A stretch of 64,000 nt of DNA, from positions 245,962 through 309,961 of the forward strand of contig PDIP01000122.1 in assembly GCA_002811645.1 (NCBI GenBank), in the 5' to 3' direction. Position numbers and translations under genes: made by a program. Shown here in pieces: positions 32,101 through 42,813 of this stretch (within the stretch, counting starts at the first letter, position 1; each line of letters begins with the position of its first letter). The notes beneath the pieces are model-generated. The model worked only from the letters and a program-made list of their open reading frames with translations. It did no database searches and had not been told where the DNA came from. Origin of the DNA: Corallochytrium limacisporum Hawaii (taxonomy: Eukaryota > Protista > Pluriformea).

Positions 32101-32322
32101 GTCATGGATAACCACGACCTTGGCTATGTGATCCCCGCCAACGGCACTGCAAAGGACCAAGTCATTGTCACTGCGTTCAATAAGGAGCTGCCACGGGCGC
32201 TTATCGATGTCCTTGCCGGTGGCCTCTACGTTGACATTTTGGAAGGTAAGCTCGGCATTGATGTGGTTGGTTTCCCGGTGACTCTGGATTACCATCAAGA
32301 CGATGTCAAGGTCGGTTTGTAG
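26191..32322 (+). CDS. Type II membrane protein with tandem DUF3712/LEA_2-like beta-sandwich repeats (Tag1/TMEM106-like superfamily)
   Basis: 2043 aa: acidic N-tail, one TM helix (FWTFIIISAPITLVILLIVFLVIIPAV), then about 290-aa units marked by LKGMNGL-like and NPS/NPF motifs; many NxS/T sequons. Confidence 0.85.
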   Translation: MRSNSYDVSKVDDTYNVRQAEDDSDVLYYQPKTEANGTTGRRGLMDRLRGSEPAESDSSFDPGDRAFGDSHYDSVVREPETAHTNGQTEENDTLGGSSGHVTPRAIDDTSMNTGAEVSPDKAVDEEEMYDTSSNMSVESEIPKTRWGRTKRWMRKHKFWTFIIISAPITLVILLIVFLVIIPAVAQDALNGADLQITQVVLTNPDAENGTIDARVVGTVSGAGSFAANTKAAPLTIYNVSKKNRRDADNSLAQSHNPDDIIGQITLPPLEIRGGSAGFNVTAQLQIPNGDAFNTAAKEIVEMDEIEWEFYVEKLDLVAGLGSPVLHINGLHMDKMVKMAGMGGLSKVNIEKFDMTHSNQTSVNSMITLSIDNPSVFSMDPVGILELDMYYEGKYLGTGTTTSTISMVEGKNTMGVFAPITPEAGSNKQVAELFSKYVSGKSATVTAKANPKKPTNIPFYAGALDGYEVTTVLHSNIDEIVDSIDLHTIDLNPNDDKSFHLTSNAQAVLAEILGPNASMNITKLSFTELNMVAMSDDGDDDKIMATIVADDVPAKQVNNTTIDMPLNNVLATIEDKKAFVEFANELVASENYNGLGLNAIGDFLVELPIGQYNLTGINFTKRVPLKGLNNLDSLKVTKVELPGDVKGKGKGLLSATSATLDNTSPMQMDMRKVILGLKYNDVIIGEIGPGVDVRLNDDAKNLVIGRGQQSLALNGAIVPKNNDEKTQQVFGEFFSKYINNEALEVEVVGLGLGGSETEQIDWLSEIVQGISTKTTIQGIVVNLIQNLTLTAVDLDVPPADSKAGALLGASLLARYHNPFGISLGVAETAFKLQVANYGTLTSDTFKPVDSDTGSVVGLSFEKVPLMFDGKTGEEAFTDFVIKTLKSSESTLETSGDLDIIAVMNLPFRVTLTGVKLGNQSSSFEGFNNLPGTVVSNINLPHDTKNGIALTCDATISNPSIASASLGAVNFDIFYKDVNVGTVTANTSLKAKGKSTLSLNGEMIKVADEHLPLVSEFMSRFIAGDLIDTQVRGASTAVRNDGWAGNAVRALTLDTTLPGQKLSIIQTMQIDALSLDVDQNKGTAQAGTTGATATYKLPYGFSTEINQVKLDCGINPHSSKSRRDGGNPDPGASAAAEIISGWVDTKDKDHTLSISGFQGALEVHNSDQFASVVHSLVFSETAVFDMIGTTDAKVTTNIGQLTLTGVSLGNAGMGMKLKGMNGLKDVTINSLDLPGQDKDSILVVTNATIMNPSETSVNLGPVNFEILYKGVKLGEVVSEKTQLLPNQKNSMSLTGHIKPDLPADFATVSEFFTRYTQNLSSPATVRGLGGAGPHVPSWLAPTVAQLSLNASVPGYGSKLDIIKGITFDAVKTIVAENGDTSFVVQGSAKYENPFKFDLGVAEIRMHAGIDDDIASMDMADFAKTTYSKPTEIGLDITTPVKVNKLQPWIDLVSNIVLGTEFDFGVSGTTDAMVDLVIGTVQINGLALDVPKITPIAGMHGFAGEPVIIENFNIPGDVPNGIGLNVEASLVNPSPVTMELHSATFDVLYNDATVGRLTSTPMIIKGGIPKTRQDMNMTGWIAPISGDSALPEISEFFSEYVQGNPAIPTSVKGYTASGAGKNNEWIAPVLQKVVLKTSMKGDASFNPIKGVTTTSVDAHFGTGRTNPTMSMKVDVDFQNPFHFDLVTEQYQINADLSYNGKQFGSIAVDKFTKVDSATTTDIKMTISSTLNVTSPEDNIAFTRSILVANNTEVSMVGTFDAIAKTRIGVLTIKGVNMQKVGTSIKSMGGLGIVEAKNMLVQTSDKVGLDYTVDSHFSNPSIVSTTIEGDTVMNVGFLNGTVGTITLTDFNLPVGDSISLSKGKVWRSAGESANALFSQYILGPNIPLVLSAPDDDSGNWVQQALRPPASLHASLDSINQELVQKTSIKWIKHLAIKDTELETYLTSYNPLNVPITLNSATANLNFHDSSTQMAVMDNHDLGYVIPANGTAKDQVIVTAFNKELPRALIDVLAGGLYVDILEGKLGIDVVGFPVTLDYHQDDVKVGL

Positions 32323-32514
32323 GTGAAAACTTGCTGCACGGCTGAATCGACGTCTATCCATAAAGAATGGCGCACATCTTATATCAGAGCGCCATCATGT
32401 TGAGAAGCAAAGAAAACTCAATTTGAGATATACTCACTTTACACTTATTACACTTCTATTCACATTCACGAAGACAGAAATCTGTCCATATCTTGACTTC
32501 CACATGCGCATGAT

Positions 32515-34965
32515 CTACCAGTGCTTTCTGCGTTCTGCAATCAGAGGGCCGTACACATCACGTTTCAGCCAAACATACCGGTCCCTGAATGGACCACGAG
32601 GAATATGACTGAACAGCCACCTCTGCATGTGTTCCTGGCTCATTTCTGAACTGGCATAAAAGAGAGGCAAATCCTTGCTGAATGCCTCAGCCATTCTCAG
32701 ATCGTATGCCATAGGAATCTTCGATGTGAAGTCTGGACCATCTGCGAACACAGCCACACCTGCCTCGCGTAAGCTTTCTATAAACAGCTGCTCTTCGTCG
32801 ACGATATTTTCAAAAAGAGATCCAAACTGTACTCGTGCAACTTTATCGTCTGGTACACGACCCCCATAGCCTGCGTTCATGATCTTCGCTCCTCGACGCC
32901 TGACGAGATTGACACCCTGTAGAAAGTTCTGAAGCATCCACTTGGCACCCAAAGGATCATGGAATTTCTTGCCTTTGCCAAAGTACCGGGGATCGAAATG
33001 ATTTGGATCATTGTCATCGATGGCGACCAGATCTTCTTTCCTCGCTTCACCTGCCACGAACTCCGCCTTCTGCTGATCCACGTAGGTCATATCGACGCCA
33101 ATGATGTAGATTTCGGTGAACCCCAGATAATGCAGGAGCTCCAAACCGGCAGCAGCCACAGTGCCCACGGTTTTCAAGGCAAATTGATGCTCCGGGTCGT
33201 CGGTTACCTTCTTCCTCGTGCCCTTTTCAGCAGCAAAGCTTACCCAGTGTATCTCATCCTCAATCTCCTTGAATGCACCCCGATAGTCCACCTTAACAGT
33301 AGGGTCTTCGTACACTGCGGGGATAAATATGTGACGATATGAATCCTTTGCAGCGATCACCTCTGGTGCAATGTCTGGGCACACCAGAGAATCAATGCAA
33401 AGATAGAAGGTGGGGTTCCAGGACAGCCGATCCAAGAACAGGTCAAAGCGATTGAACACCATTGTGTACTCATGCTTCAGCAGATGCAAAGGCATTTGGG
33501 CGATGGAAGGACCGTTTCCGATGAGGAACACCCGCTTGTTCTTTTGCCGGTAGAGATTTGCCAACTGTACTGAACCAAGCAGTGACGGACATCCGGTACT
33601 TCTGTCACGAGCCATGTCTTCCACAGTTCCTGGAGCCTCAGCGCGCGATACGTCCTTACCCAAATATGTTGCGATTTTGGGCACGGGATGTATGTACCCT
33701 TTGCGGGGAAAGAGGTACCCTTGATATGGCAATCCACCGCAGTCAGTTTCACGCCGATGGTACAGTGTCACATCGTTATTCAATAACGGATCCTTACTTA
33801 CAATGCGTCTCAGTCTATCGTCACCAACAAAGCCGATGTCGGTGAAGGTTTCATATCCTTGGAAATAGGATCGCATGGTCAAGACTTCCTGGAATGTAAA
33901 GTGACAATCCGCCTCCATGGCACAAGTGACACACGAACCCAAGAGCACGGTGTACGGTCCCTTGCTTCTGATGAAGTACAATACGTCACTGGTCAACATC
34001 GGCAACTCCAGAGTTCCCCCCTTCTTCAAAGCCAATTGAAATAGTTCATTTCGTTCGCAGTCCTCACCGTCCTCTACGAACACATAACTGCAGAGCACCT
34101 CTTTGTGCGCCCGGACGTCAACACTCATTTTCTTGTCCAAATCTGCCACCAAGAAGTGGTTCTGTGTCTTGGTCCACTTGATAACTTCATCAAGACAACA
34201 GCGAACCTCCACTGTAGGTGCAAAGAAGAGAGCACCCGCGCCCCCGGCCTTGTCCATAGTGTCCTGAATCAACCAGGCCCGCCAGAGCTCGTTGGTATTC
34301 TTGAGATCCGGCACTTGGCTTGAAGATATGAACGATGGAAGGTCATGGAGGTCCAGGCGTCGAATCTCTGCCACATTTCCCGTGCTGGCAATAATGTCCA
34401 ACTGTGCATTAGTCAGGCCGAGATCAAACACAACCACCGGAACATCGCTGTTCCATACCTGCATGCTACCCAATAGATTCTGCGAGTGAGAAAAGGTCTC
34501 TGCGTCTGCGTATGTCACCACAACCATATCAAAGATACTCTCTTCCCAGCTCGGCAATTTTGTCGGACGAAACATTGGTAGTGTTGCTTGTGCACTACTA
34601 AGGCAATGCTCTGCGGCCGAGTCGCAAGGTGGGCACTCCTCATCTGCATTTACCCCTTGCCCTTCTCTGGCCCGGGACAGATCATCCCTACATTTCGCCA
34701 ATTGGACCTTGTCATCTTGAGCCGCTGTTGGGCTGGCATGCACTGTCGTGGTCACCGTAACGGTTTCTGCGGATCTTCCCTGGTCACGGTTGCCCTGATC
34801 TATGTGAGGGTCTGTTCCCGAAAATGCCCCTGAGAGGTACACTATCGTGAAGAGCAACCCTGCGCCCACAATTAGGGGTCCTCGACGAATTTTTGGCATC
34901 CCTACTGCGGAAGAACCAAACCGTTTCTGTGCCTCTATATCTCCGTAGCTCCTTTTTCGCATCAT
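32515..34965 (-). CDS. Golgi-type (type II) two-domain glycosyltransferase-like protein: DUF1647-like domain + Maf/DUF115 (sialyltransferase-like) domain
   Basis: TM anchor PLIVGAGLLFTIVYLSGAF. VVVTYADAE...VVVFDLGLT is DUF1647-like. RVFLIGNGPS...VFNR...FYLCID, LHYLGFTEIYIIGVDMTY and DPNHFDPRYFGKG are Maf/DUF115-like. Start taken at MMRKR; an upstream ATG exists at 35070. Confidence 0.75.
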   Translation of the reverse strand: MMRKRSYGDIEAQKRFGSSAVGMPKIRRGPLIVGAGLLFTIVYLSGAFSGTDPHIDQGNRDQGRSAETVTVTTTVHASPTAAQDDKVQLAKCRDDLSRAREGQGVNADEECPPCDSAAEHCLSSAQATLPMFRPTKLPSWEESIFDMVVVTYADAETFSHSQNLLGSMQVWNSDVPVVVFDLGLTNAQLDIIASTGNVAEIRRLDLHDLPSFISSSQVPDLKNTNELWRAWLIQDTMDKAGGAGALFFAPTVEVRCCLDEVIKWTKTQNHFLVADLDKKMSVDVRAHKEVLCSYVFVEDGEDCERNELFQLALKKGGTLELPMLTSDVLYFIRSKGPYTVLLGSCVTCAMEADCHFTFQEVLTMRSYFQGYETFTDIGFVGDDRLRRIVSKDPLLNNDVTLYHRRETDCGGLPYQGYLFPRKGYIHPVPKIATYLGKDVSRAEAPGTVEDMARDRSTGCPSLLGSVQLANLYRQKNKRVFLIGNGPSIAQMPLHLLKHEYTMVFNRFDLFLDRLSWNPTFYLCIDSLVCPDIAPEVIAAKDSYRHIFIPAVYEDPTVKVDYRGAFKEIEDEIHWVSFAAEKGTRKKVTDDPEHQFALKTVGTVAAAGLELLHYLGFTEIYIIGVDMTYVDQQKAEFVAGEARKEDLVAIDDNDPNHFDPRYFGKGKKFHDPLGAKWMLQNFLQGVNLVRRRGAKIMNAGYGGRVPDDKVARVQFGSLFENIVDEEQLFIESLREAGVAVFADGPDFTSKIPMAYDLRMAEAFSKDLPLFYASSEMSQEHMQRWLFSHIPRGPFRDRYVWLKRDVYGPLIAERRKHW

Positions 34966-35393
34966 GAACCCGACATTTCGACCGGCCCACGTGATGCCGA
35001 TGTGGTGTATCTCAAACTTGCTTATCACACACCATGTTTTGTCTCGCTCTGTGGGTGTAAATATTCTCATACACGCGCCCTTTTCTACCAGGTTCGTCTT
35101 CGATACCTTTCTTTGCGAAATGACATTGGGAATGTCTATCCCTTGAGGAATCTCAACTCGGTAAAACGGTTGGGGCCTCGTTGACTCTACAATCGGCGAG
35201 CCGATGTGTGGAGGACTGGCATTGGAAAACGGGAAAGTGGTAGCGCCTGCCTTAATTGGGGGGGGAAGGGTGTGAAGTACGCAGCGGGCAAAGGCTCAAG
35301 TCTTGAAAGTCAATCATCAATACGGTTCGAGTGTGATATCTAATACTTGTTGAATGTGCTAGGAAGTTCTGCTTCGGTTCTGTCAGAGTCTTG

Positions 35394-37196
35394 TCATACT
35401 GCAGAATGGTTAGATGCGGAGGGTTCACTGCCACTGCTGCTGTCACGGAGACTGAAACTCCGGCGTAACATTTCAATTCCGGGCAGCTTATGGTCGGCGC
35501 CCAGTGCCTTGCCTTTCGTTTCATATGGCAGACTGAAGACGCAGATGGTGGCTACTGCAGACATGGCGGTGTAGGTACCAATTGCAGCCTTTGGGTTGTG
35601 ACGCAGTAAAACCTCGCCGATGAAGGGCGTGATCATCGCACCGATTCGAGAGAATCCATTACCGAGGCCCATTCCCAAGGCACGCGCATTCTGTGGCAGA
35701 ACCTCGGGAGTGTATGCAAAAGCAACCTGGAAGGCACCGGTGATGAAAGCACGAGCTACAAAGATTACGGCAGTCTCTGCCGAACGACTCAGACAAGCAA
35801 ACAAAATGCTCACAAAAACTGTGCAAACTGCAAGCTGGAAACCCATGGTGTTCTTGCGGCCAATTGTGTCGATACAGACTAGGGTGATCAGGATGCCGGG
35901 GAACTCAGCAGCCGTTGTGATAAAAACATCAACGTAGTCGGAGGTGGTCAGCGGTGCGCATGTTCCAGTATTGATGGAATCGGCACAGCCTTCAGGATCA
36001 TTGCAGTTCAAGTCAGAGTGATCATCCACAGCGCACGTCGCCCCCTCAGCTTCCGCAGTAAACAGCTCAGAGGTCATGAGAACGATGCCGTAGTAAGTTG
36101 CGGCCAATACAAACCAAATGATGGCTAGAAGAATGGCAGTCTTGCGCAGGTGAGGACTCATCAGTGTGCGCAGTTTATGCAGGACTGTCTCGGTTCTCGC
36201 GTTTTCGGCTTCTGCATCTGGTTTTATCTTGAAGTCCTGCGGCAGAGTTTGGCCATTTTCGTGCGCTAGGCGACGCATGACATCCTCCGCTTCCTGCAAG
36301 CGCCCGTGCGCCACAAGCCAACGAGGGCTCTCCGGAATGAACCAGGTCAGGAAAATATAAATGAAGACCGGAATGGAGGACACACCGATTAGCGCCCGCC
36401 AGCCCGGCTCAGGCATCAGTGCGATGGCTAGGGCTGCCTCAAAGATCGCACCAAGGGACCAGAAAGCACTCAAGACGGTAATGTGGCGCCCACGGGCATT
36501 GGACGGCAATGCTTCCGATAAAAGAGTTACGCCTTGCGCCAGACCACCGATACCAAAACCTACCAGGAAACGGAACAAGACCAGCCATCCGTATGACGGG
36601 CTAAAGGCGCTAAGCAGTCCCATAAATGCCATCACAATTGTGGCATACTGCAATGTTCTTCGCCGACCCATGTGATCCGAGGTATAGCTCCAGAACACTG
36701 CACCCAAGGCCATACCTACAAAAATAATTGTCGTCAGCAGTGCACTCTGCCAGTACTCGAGATCCCACTCACATCGCACCGCAGGGCCAAGGAATGCCAG
36801 GACCATCATTTCCATGGCATCTACTGTCCACAAACTGCCGATCAGCAGCGTCAAGCGAATCTGTGCTTTACCGTTTCCCAACATCTCGATGGCTTCGTCA
36901 ATCGAATAAGGAGGTCCAGTAGTTAAGCCGTTGAACGGGTTATTCTGATACACTCTGGAGTCGTTCTCTGACTTGGCGCTGATGACACTCTCCCGTGGCA
37001 GTAGTTCTCCTTTTTTATCTTCATCCGAGTTTCGAAGCGTGCTAACGTTACCCACAGCACGGTTGTCTGGGTTCTCCGAGACTGGCGTGCCCGTGTATTC
37101 GTCGTCATCATCGATCGCATAGGCACCTTCTGAAATGGGGGTAAGGTCACCGATGTCTGCCTCGTCCTCATCGAGCTTCTGAAATCTACGTGACAT
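35394..37196 (-). CDS. SVOP: Synaptic vesicle 2-related MFS transporter (SVOP-like)
   Basis: YSIDEAIEMLGNGK, DAMEMMVLAFLGPAVRCEW, SDHMGRR, PESPRWL, AEFPG, YTPE, LPYETKGK; 12-TM pattern. Confidence 0.88.
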   Translation of the reverse strand: MSRRFQKLDEDEADIGDLTPISEGAYAIDDDDEYTGTPVSENPDNRAVGNVSTLRNSDEDKKGELLPRESVISAKSENDSRVYQNNPFNGLTTGPPYSIDEAIEMLGNGKAQIRLTLLIGSLWTVDAMEMMVLAFLGPAVRCEWDLEYWQSALLTTIIFVGMALGAVFWSYTSDHMGRRRTLQYATIVMAFMGLLSAFSPSYGWLVLFRFLVGFGIGGLAQGVTLLSEALPSNARGRHITVLSAFWSLGAIFEAALAIALMPEPGWRALIGVSSIPVFIYIFLTWFIPESPRWLVAHGRLQEAEDVMRRLAHENGQTLPQDFKIKPDAEAENARTETVLHKLRTLMSPHLRKTAILLAIIWFVLAATYYGIVLMTSELFTAEAEGATCAVDDHSDLNCNDPEGCADSINTGTCAPLTTSDYVDVFITTAAEFPGILITLVCIDTIGRKNTMGFQLAVCTVFVSILFACLSRSAETAVIFVARAFITGAFQVAFAYTPEVLPQNARALGMGLGNGFSRIGAMITPFIGEVLLRHNPKAAIGTYTAMSAVATICVFSLPYETKGKALGADHKLPGIEMLRRSFSLRDSSSGSEPSASNHSAV

Positions 37197-38724
37197 TATG
37201 CGGTGTCTCTGGGGACGCTCGAGTGAGCCTGTGTTTCTTTAAAGCGTAAGGTTGATATCAAATCTTTGTCTCTATCATGGATTCGCCTCAACAATGTCGG
37301 TCTTCCGAACTGCCCGCAGTTCTTCTGTTCTTCGCTTGGAAACAAACGAGTGTAGAGAACAAACGTACTGAATTCCAAATAGCTCACAAAACTCTTAGGT
37401 ACGTAATGTGAATACGAAGTCACACAGAGAACACGATTGGATCTGTACCCGACAAAGACAATCTCTTACAGGATACTTGTCACCCGTTCTTGCGCTGTAC
37501 CGCCCACTCACTCCCCTCTGTGTTGGTTAGGACGAAGACCAATTTGCGTGCCCGTCCCTCTGGCGACGAAACCTGCGGTTCCTTCACTATAAAAACTCTG
37601 TCTTAGACTTTGGGGGCTGTGGATAGATCGCGGTGACGAGATGTTCAGCCCTCCCCCGCACGGGAGGTCCAAGCTTTCTGTTTCAGGTCCCCTTCGCCAC
37701 GAACCCCAATCCGGTCTCCCCCAGACCCCTAACACGGATAGGTCTGGGACGACCTTATCTTTCAGTTTTAATAGTGAACATGGGTTAAAATATATGCAAA
37801 GTGGATAAAATAGGACACATTCTTGGTGTGCCTGCGAGCTGCGATGGGTCGAAGAAACCAAGCCTACTAACAAATAGCTTGCCACCGATGAGTTGCAGGA
37901 GATCAGTACTGAATATACTGATATTCCTGCTCAGCACGGGGGAAGTTGGAACATCTCTGTTCGATGAGGGACCACGACGGACTACCGGATGTCCCGGGAG
38001 AAGAAAATTTGTCATGGTGCAGGTATTCCATATATTCACAGTACAGTACTGAAAGAATTGAAACGTCTGCCGCAAAAAACCGATGACGACCCGGTCCCGG
38101 CGACGGAACAGGAACAACACGGGACTATGCATTAGGAACCCAGTCCTCCCAACTACGCGAGGGGGAAGGTCATTAAAGGGAAAAAAAAAACTAGGTACTT
38201 GCTCCCGGGAGCTCGGTGTCAAAATTGGAGAAAGCGAGGGCGGGACTCGCGGACACCCCACCACAAAACATTTTTCATAGTCAAAAGGGTCCTAGCCGCT
38301 CTAATTGAATGGGAAAATGGCCCCAGTGAAAAGTTTTTCTCTGGGTCGTTTACGGGGTTTGCGAAAAAAAAACAGGTGGGACAGCAACAGAAAAGCAAGA
38401 AAGGGGCGGGCGATGTGGTGGTGGTTGACCAGGCGGTAATTTCTTCAATTTTCTTTCGCCAGGCAAGAAAAAGAAAGAAAGAAAGAAAAGAAAAAAAGGG
38501 CAGTGCCCCGCCCCCTCCCGGCGGGGGTTGGTTTTGTCGCTGAGCAGCTGAGATAGCAGCGCTCCCCCCCTCCCCCCCAGTCCCGTCCGTTTCCAGAGGA
38601 GCGCGAGAGGGGCACGCACGACCACCAGCGACGAAAAAAATCCCCTCCCGACCGCACACGGTGGTGGGTGGAAGAGGGGAGGAAGGAAACGGGGACTGTT
38701 GCTGCCAATCCCCCTCTTCCCCCG

Positions 38725-38730
<6 letters not shown>

Positions 38731-38758
<28 letters not shown>
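38731..38758. repeat. (TC)14 microsatellite
   Basis: Perfect TC dinucleotide run. Confidence 0.95.
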
Positions 38759-38763
<5 letters not shown>

Positions 38764-39407
38764 TCTTTTCTTCAATTCTGTTTTTTCCATTTATTTTCCG
38801 AGGTGCGGGCCTCCCTTCCCTCCCCACGGGGGTGGCACGGGCAGTAGAAGTGAACTGCTCCGCCATTCCAAACGCTGCGGGCCAGAAATTTTAAAAAGAG
38901 ACTGCGAGTGCCCAGGAAGGGGGGTTGGTAGGGTGGGGTTGGGAAGGATAGGAAACGATGGTTCCGGTACATTCATTACCGCGATCCTAAATTGGGAGGT
39001 GCTGCCTACCGGTTCTGGCAAGTGTTTTGGCCACCTGAATTCGAGCAGTTAAAAAATGGGCCCCGCCTGTCTTGCGAGCGGGAGGAGCTGGAGGCCCCGG
39101 AGCGCTCTCACCAGACCGACCATCATGGGGGTTGTTGACAAGCTCGTGGCCAAGGGTTGTTCTGTCCAGTTGTGATGCTTCATTCACTTATTAAGATGTT
39201 GCATGACAACATTATCATGTCTTTCCATAGTCTTTGACCGTGCATATGCATTCAAAATATTCAATGATATTTATTGAGGATAGTGTATGTCCCAATTGAT
39301 GTTCATATGCGGATGTCGTCACGGTCTTGGACAATGCCGCATATCCGCGGTATGTCTCTCGACCGATATAACGAAATCAAGAAGTGGTTTGGAATCTCCT
39401 CTGCAAA

Positions 39408-40475
39408 TTAAGCAAGAGGATTGGATTTCATGAGTTCAACGTCAGACTCAACCATCTCACGGACGAGCTCGGCAAAACTGACCTTGCGCTTCCATCCGAG
39501 CTCCTTTTCAGCCTTGGCGGGGTCACCGATCAGAAGTTCGACCTCAGCGGGACGGTAATACTTGGGGTTGACAGTGACCAAAACTTTTCCGGTGGCCTTG
39601 TCCTTGCCAACCTCGTTTTCACCCTCGCCTTCCCACTCAATGTTGACCCCAACATGCTGGAAGCTAGCCTCCACAAACTCGCGCACAGAGTGCATCTCAC
39701 CAGTGGCCAGGACGTAATCGTCAGGCTTTTCCTGCTGCAGAATGCGCCACATGCCCTCAACATAGTCGCGAGCATGGCCCCAATCGCGCTTAGCACTCAG
39801 GTTTCCCAGCTCCAGCTTTTCCTGTTGGCCTAGACTGATCTTGGCGACACTACGTGTAATCTTACGCGTAACAAAGGTCTCACCACGACGAGGACTTTCA
39901 TGGTTGAACAAAATACCGTTCACTGCAAACATGTCATAGGCCTCGCGGTAGTTGACACAAATCCAGAACGCGTACAGCTTCGCCACTCCGTATGGTGATC
40001 GAGGCCAGAAGGGCGTCTTCTCTGTCTGGGGAATCTCCTGAACCTTACCGTACAGCTCGGAGGTGGAAGCCTGGTAGAACTTGGTTTTCTTTTCCAGACC
40101 GCAAGTACGAATAGCATCCAGAAGACGCAGGGTTCCCATAGCGTCGACGTCACCAGTGTACTCAGCCAGATCGAAGGACACCTTCACATGACTCTGGGCA
40201 GCCAGGTTGTAAATCTCAGTGGGCTTGATCTGCACGAGCAGCTTCACCAGACTAGAAGAGTCAGTAAGGTCACCGTAGTGGGTTTTGAGCCTGCCGCCCG
40301 TGTGAGCAGTCTTGTTCTCATAAAGGTGCTGGATGCGACCAGTGTTAAAGGTGGATGCTCTGCGAATAATACCGTGGACTTCGTAACCCTTCTCTAGCAG
40401 GAATTCCGCCAGATAAGAGCCATCTTGGCCGGTGATACCAGTAATAAGAGCAACTTTACGATTATCTCCCGTCAT
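39408..40475 (-). CDS. GMDS: GDP-mannose 4,6-dehydratase
   Basis: [69 protein letters not shown] at 40475 (MTGDNRK). Confidence 0.97.
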   Translation of the reverse strand: MTGDNRKVALITGITGQDGSYLAEFLLEKGYEVHGIIRRASTFNTGRIQHLYENKTAHTGGRLKTHYGDLTDSSSLVKLLVQIKPTEIYNLAAQSHVKVSFDLAEYTGDVDAMGTLRLLDAIRTCGLEKKTKFYQASTSELYGKVQEIPQTEKTPFWPRSPYGVAKLYAFWICVNYREAYDMFAVNGILFNHESPRRGETFVTRKITRSVAKISLGQQEKLELGNLSAKRDWGHARDYVEGMWRILQQEKPDDYVLATGEMHSVREFVEASFQHVGVNIEWEGEGENEVGKDKATGKVLVTVNPKYYRPAEVELLIGDPAKAEKELGWKRKVSFAELVREMVESDVELMKSNPLA

Positions 40476-42366
<1,891 letters not shown>

Positions 42367-42813
42367 ACTTCGACGTTTAAGCAATAGAGTCCTATATTCA
42401 AATCGATAGATCCGGTCACGCGATTTACTGCAAGGCAATCAAATTCCTGATTCTCTGCAAGTTTGCCTTGCGTTATGTACCAGCTAGTGCATGTTGACGA
42501 TGGAGTAATTGAGAGAATCCGGGACGACACTGAGGGCCAAGTCAGTTCCCCTCCCCCTCCCCCTCCCCCACCACGGGGGGAAGAGGAGACTGGGTGTCCG
42601 AACAGCAGGCAGGCACAGAGGTGGTCTCGTGCCTAACCTGCGCCGCTCCTGCTGGAACATCCATGAATAACTAGGTCAAGCTGCGTGAACATGCAGTTAT
42701 TTACCGTGTAGCAGTCTCTTTCTTGTACGCCGATCAAAGATAAAGATATCAATATATTTTTGTAAAATACAAAGAGATTGGACAATATGACTCGGGGCCT
42801 TTAAAACATCAAC

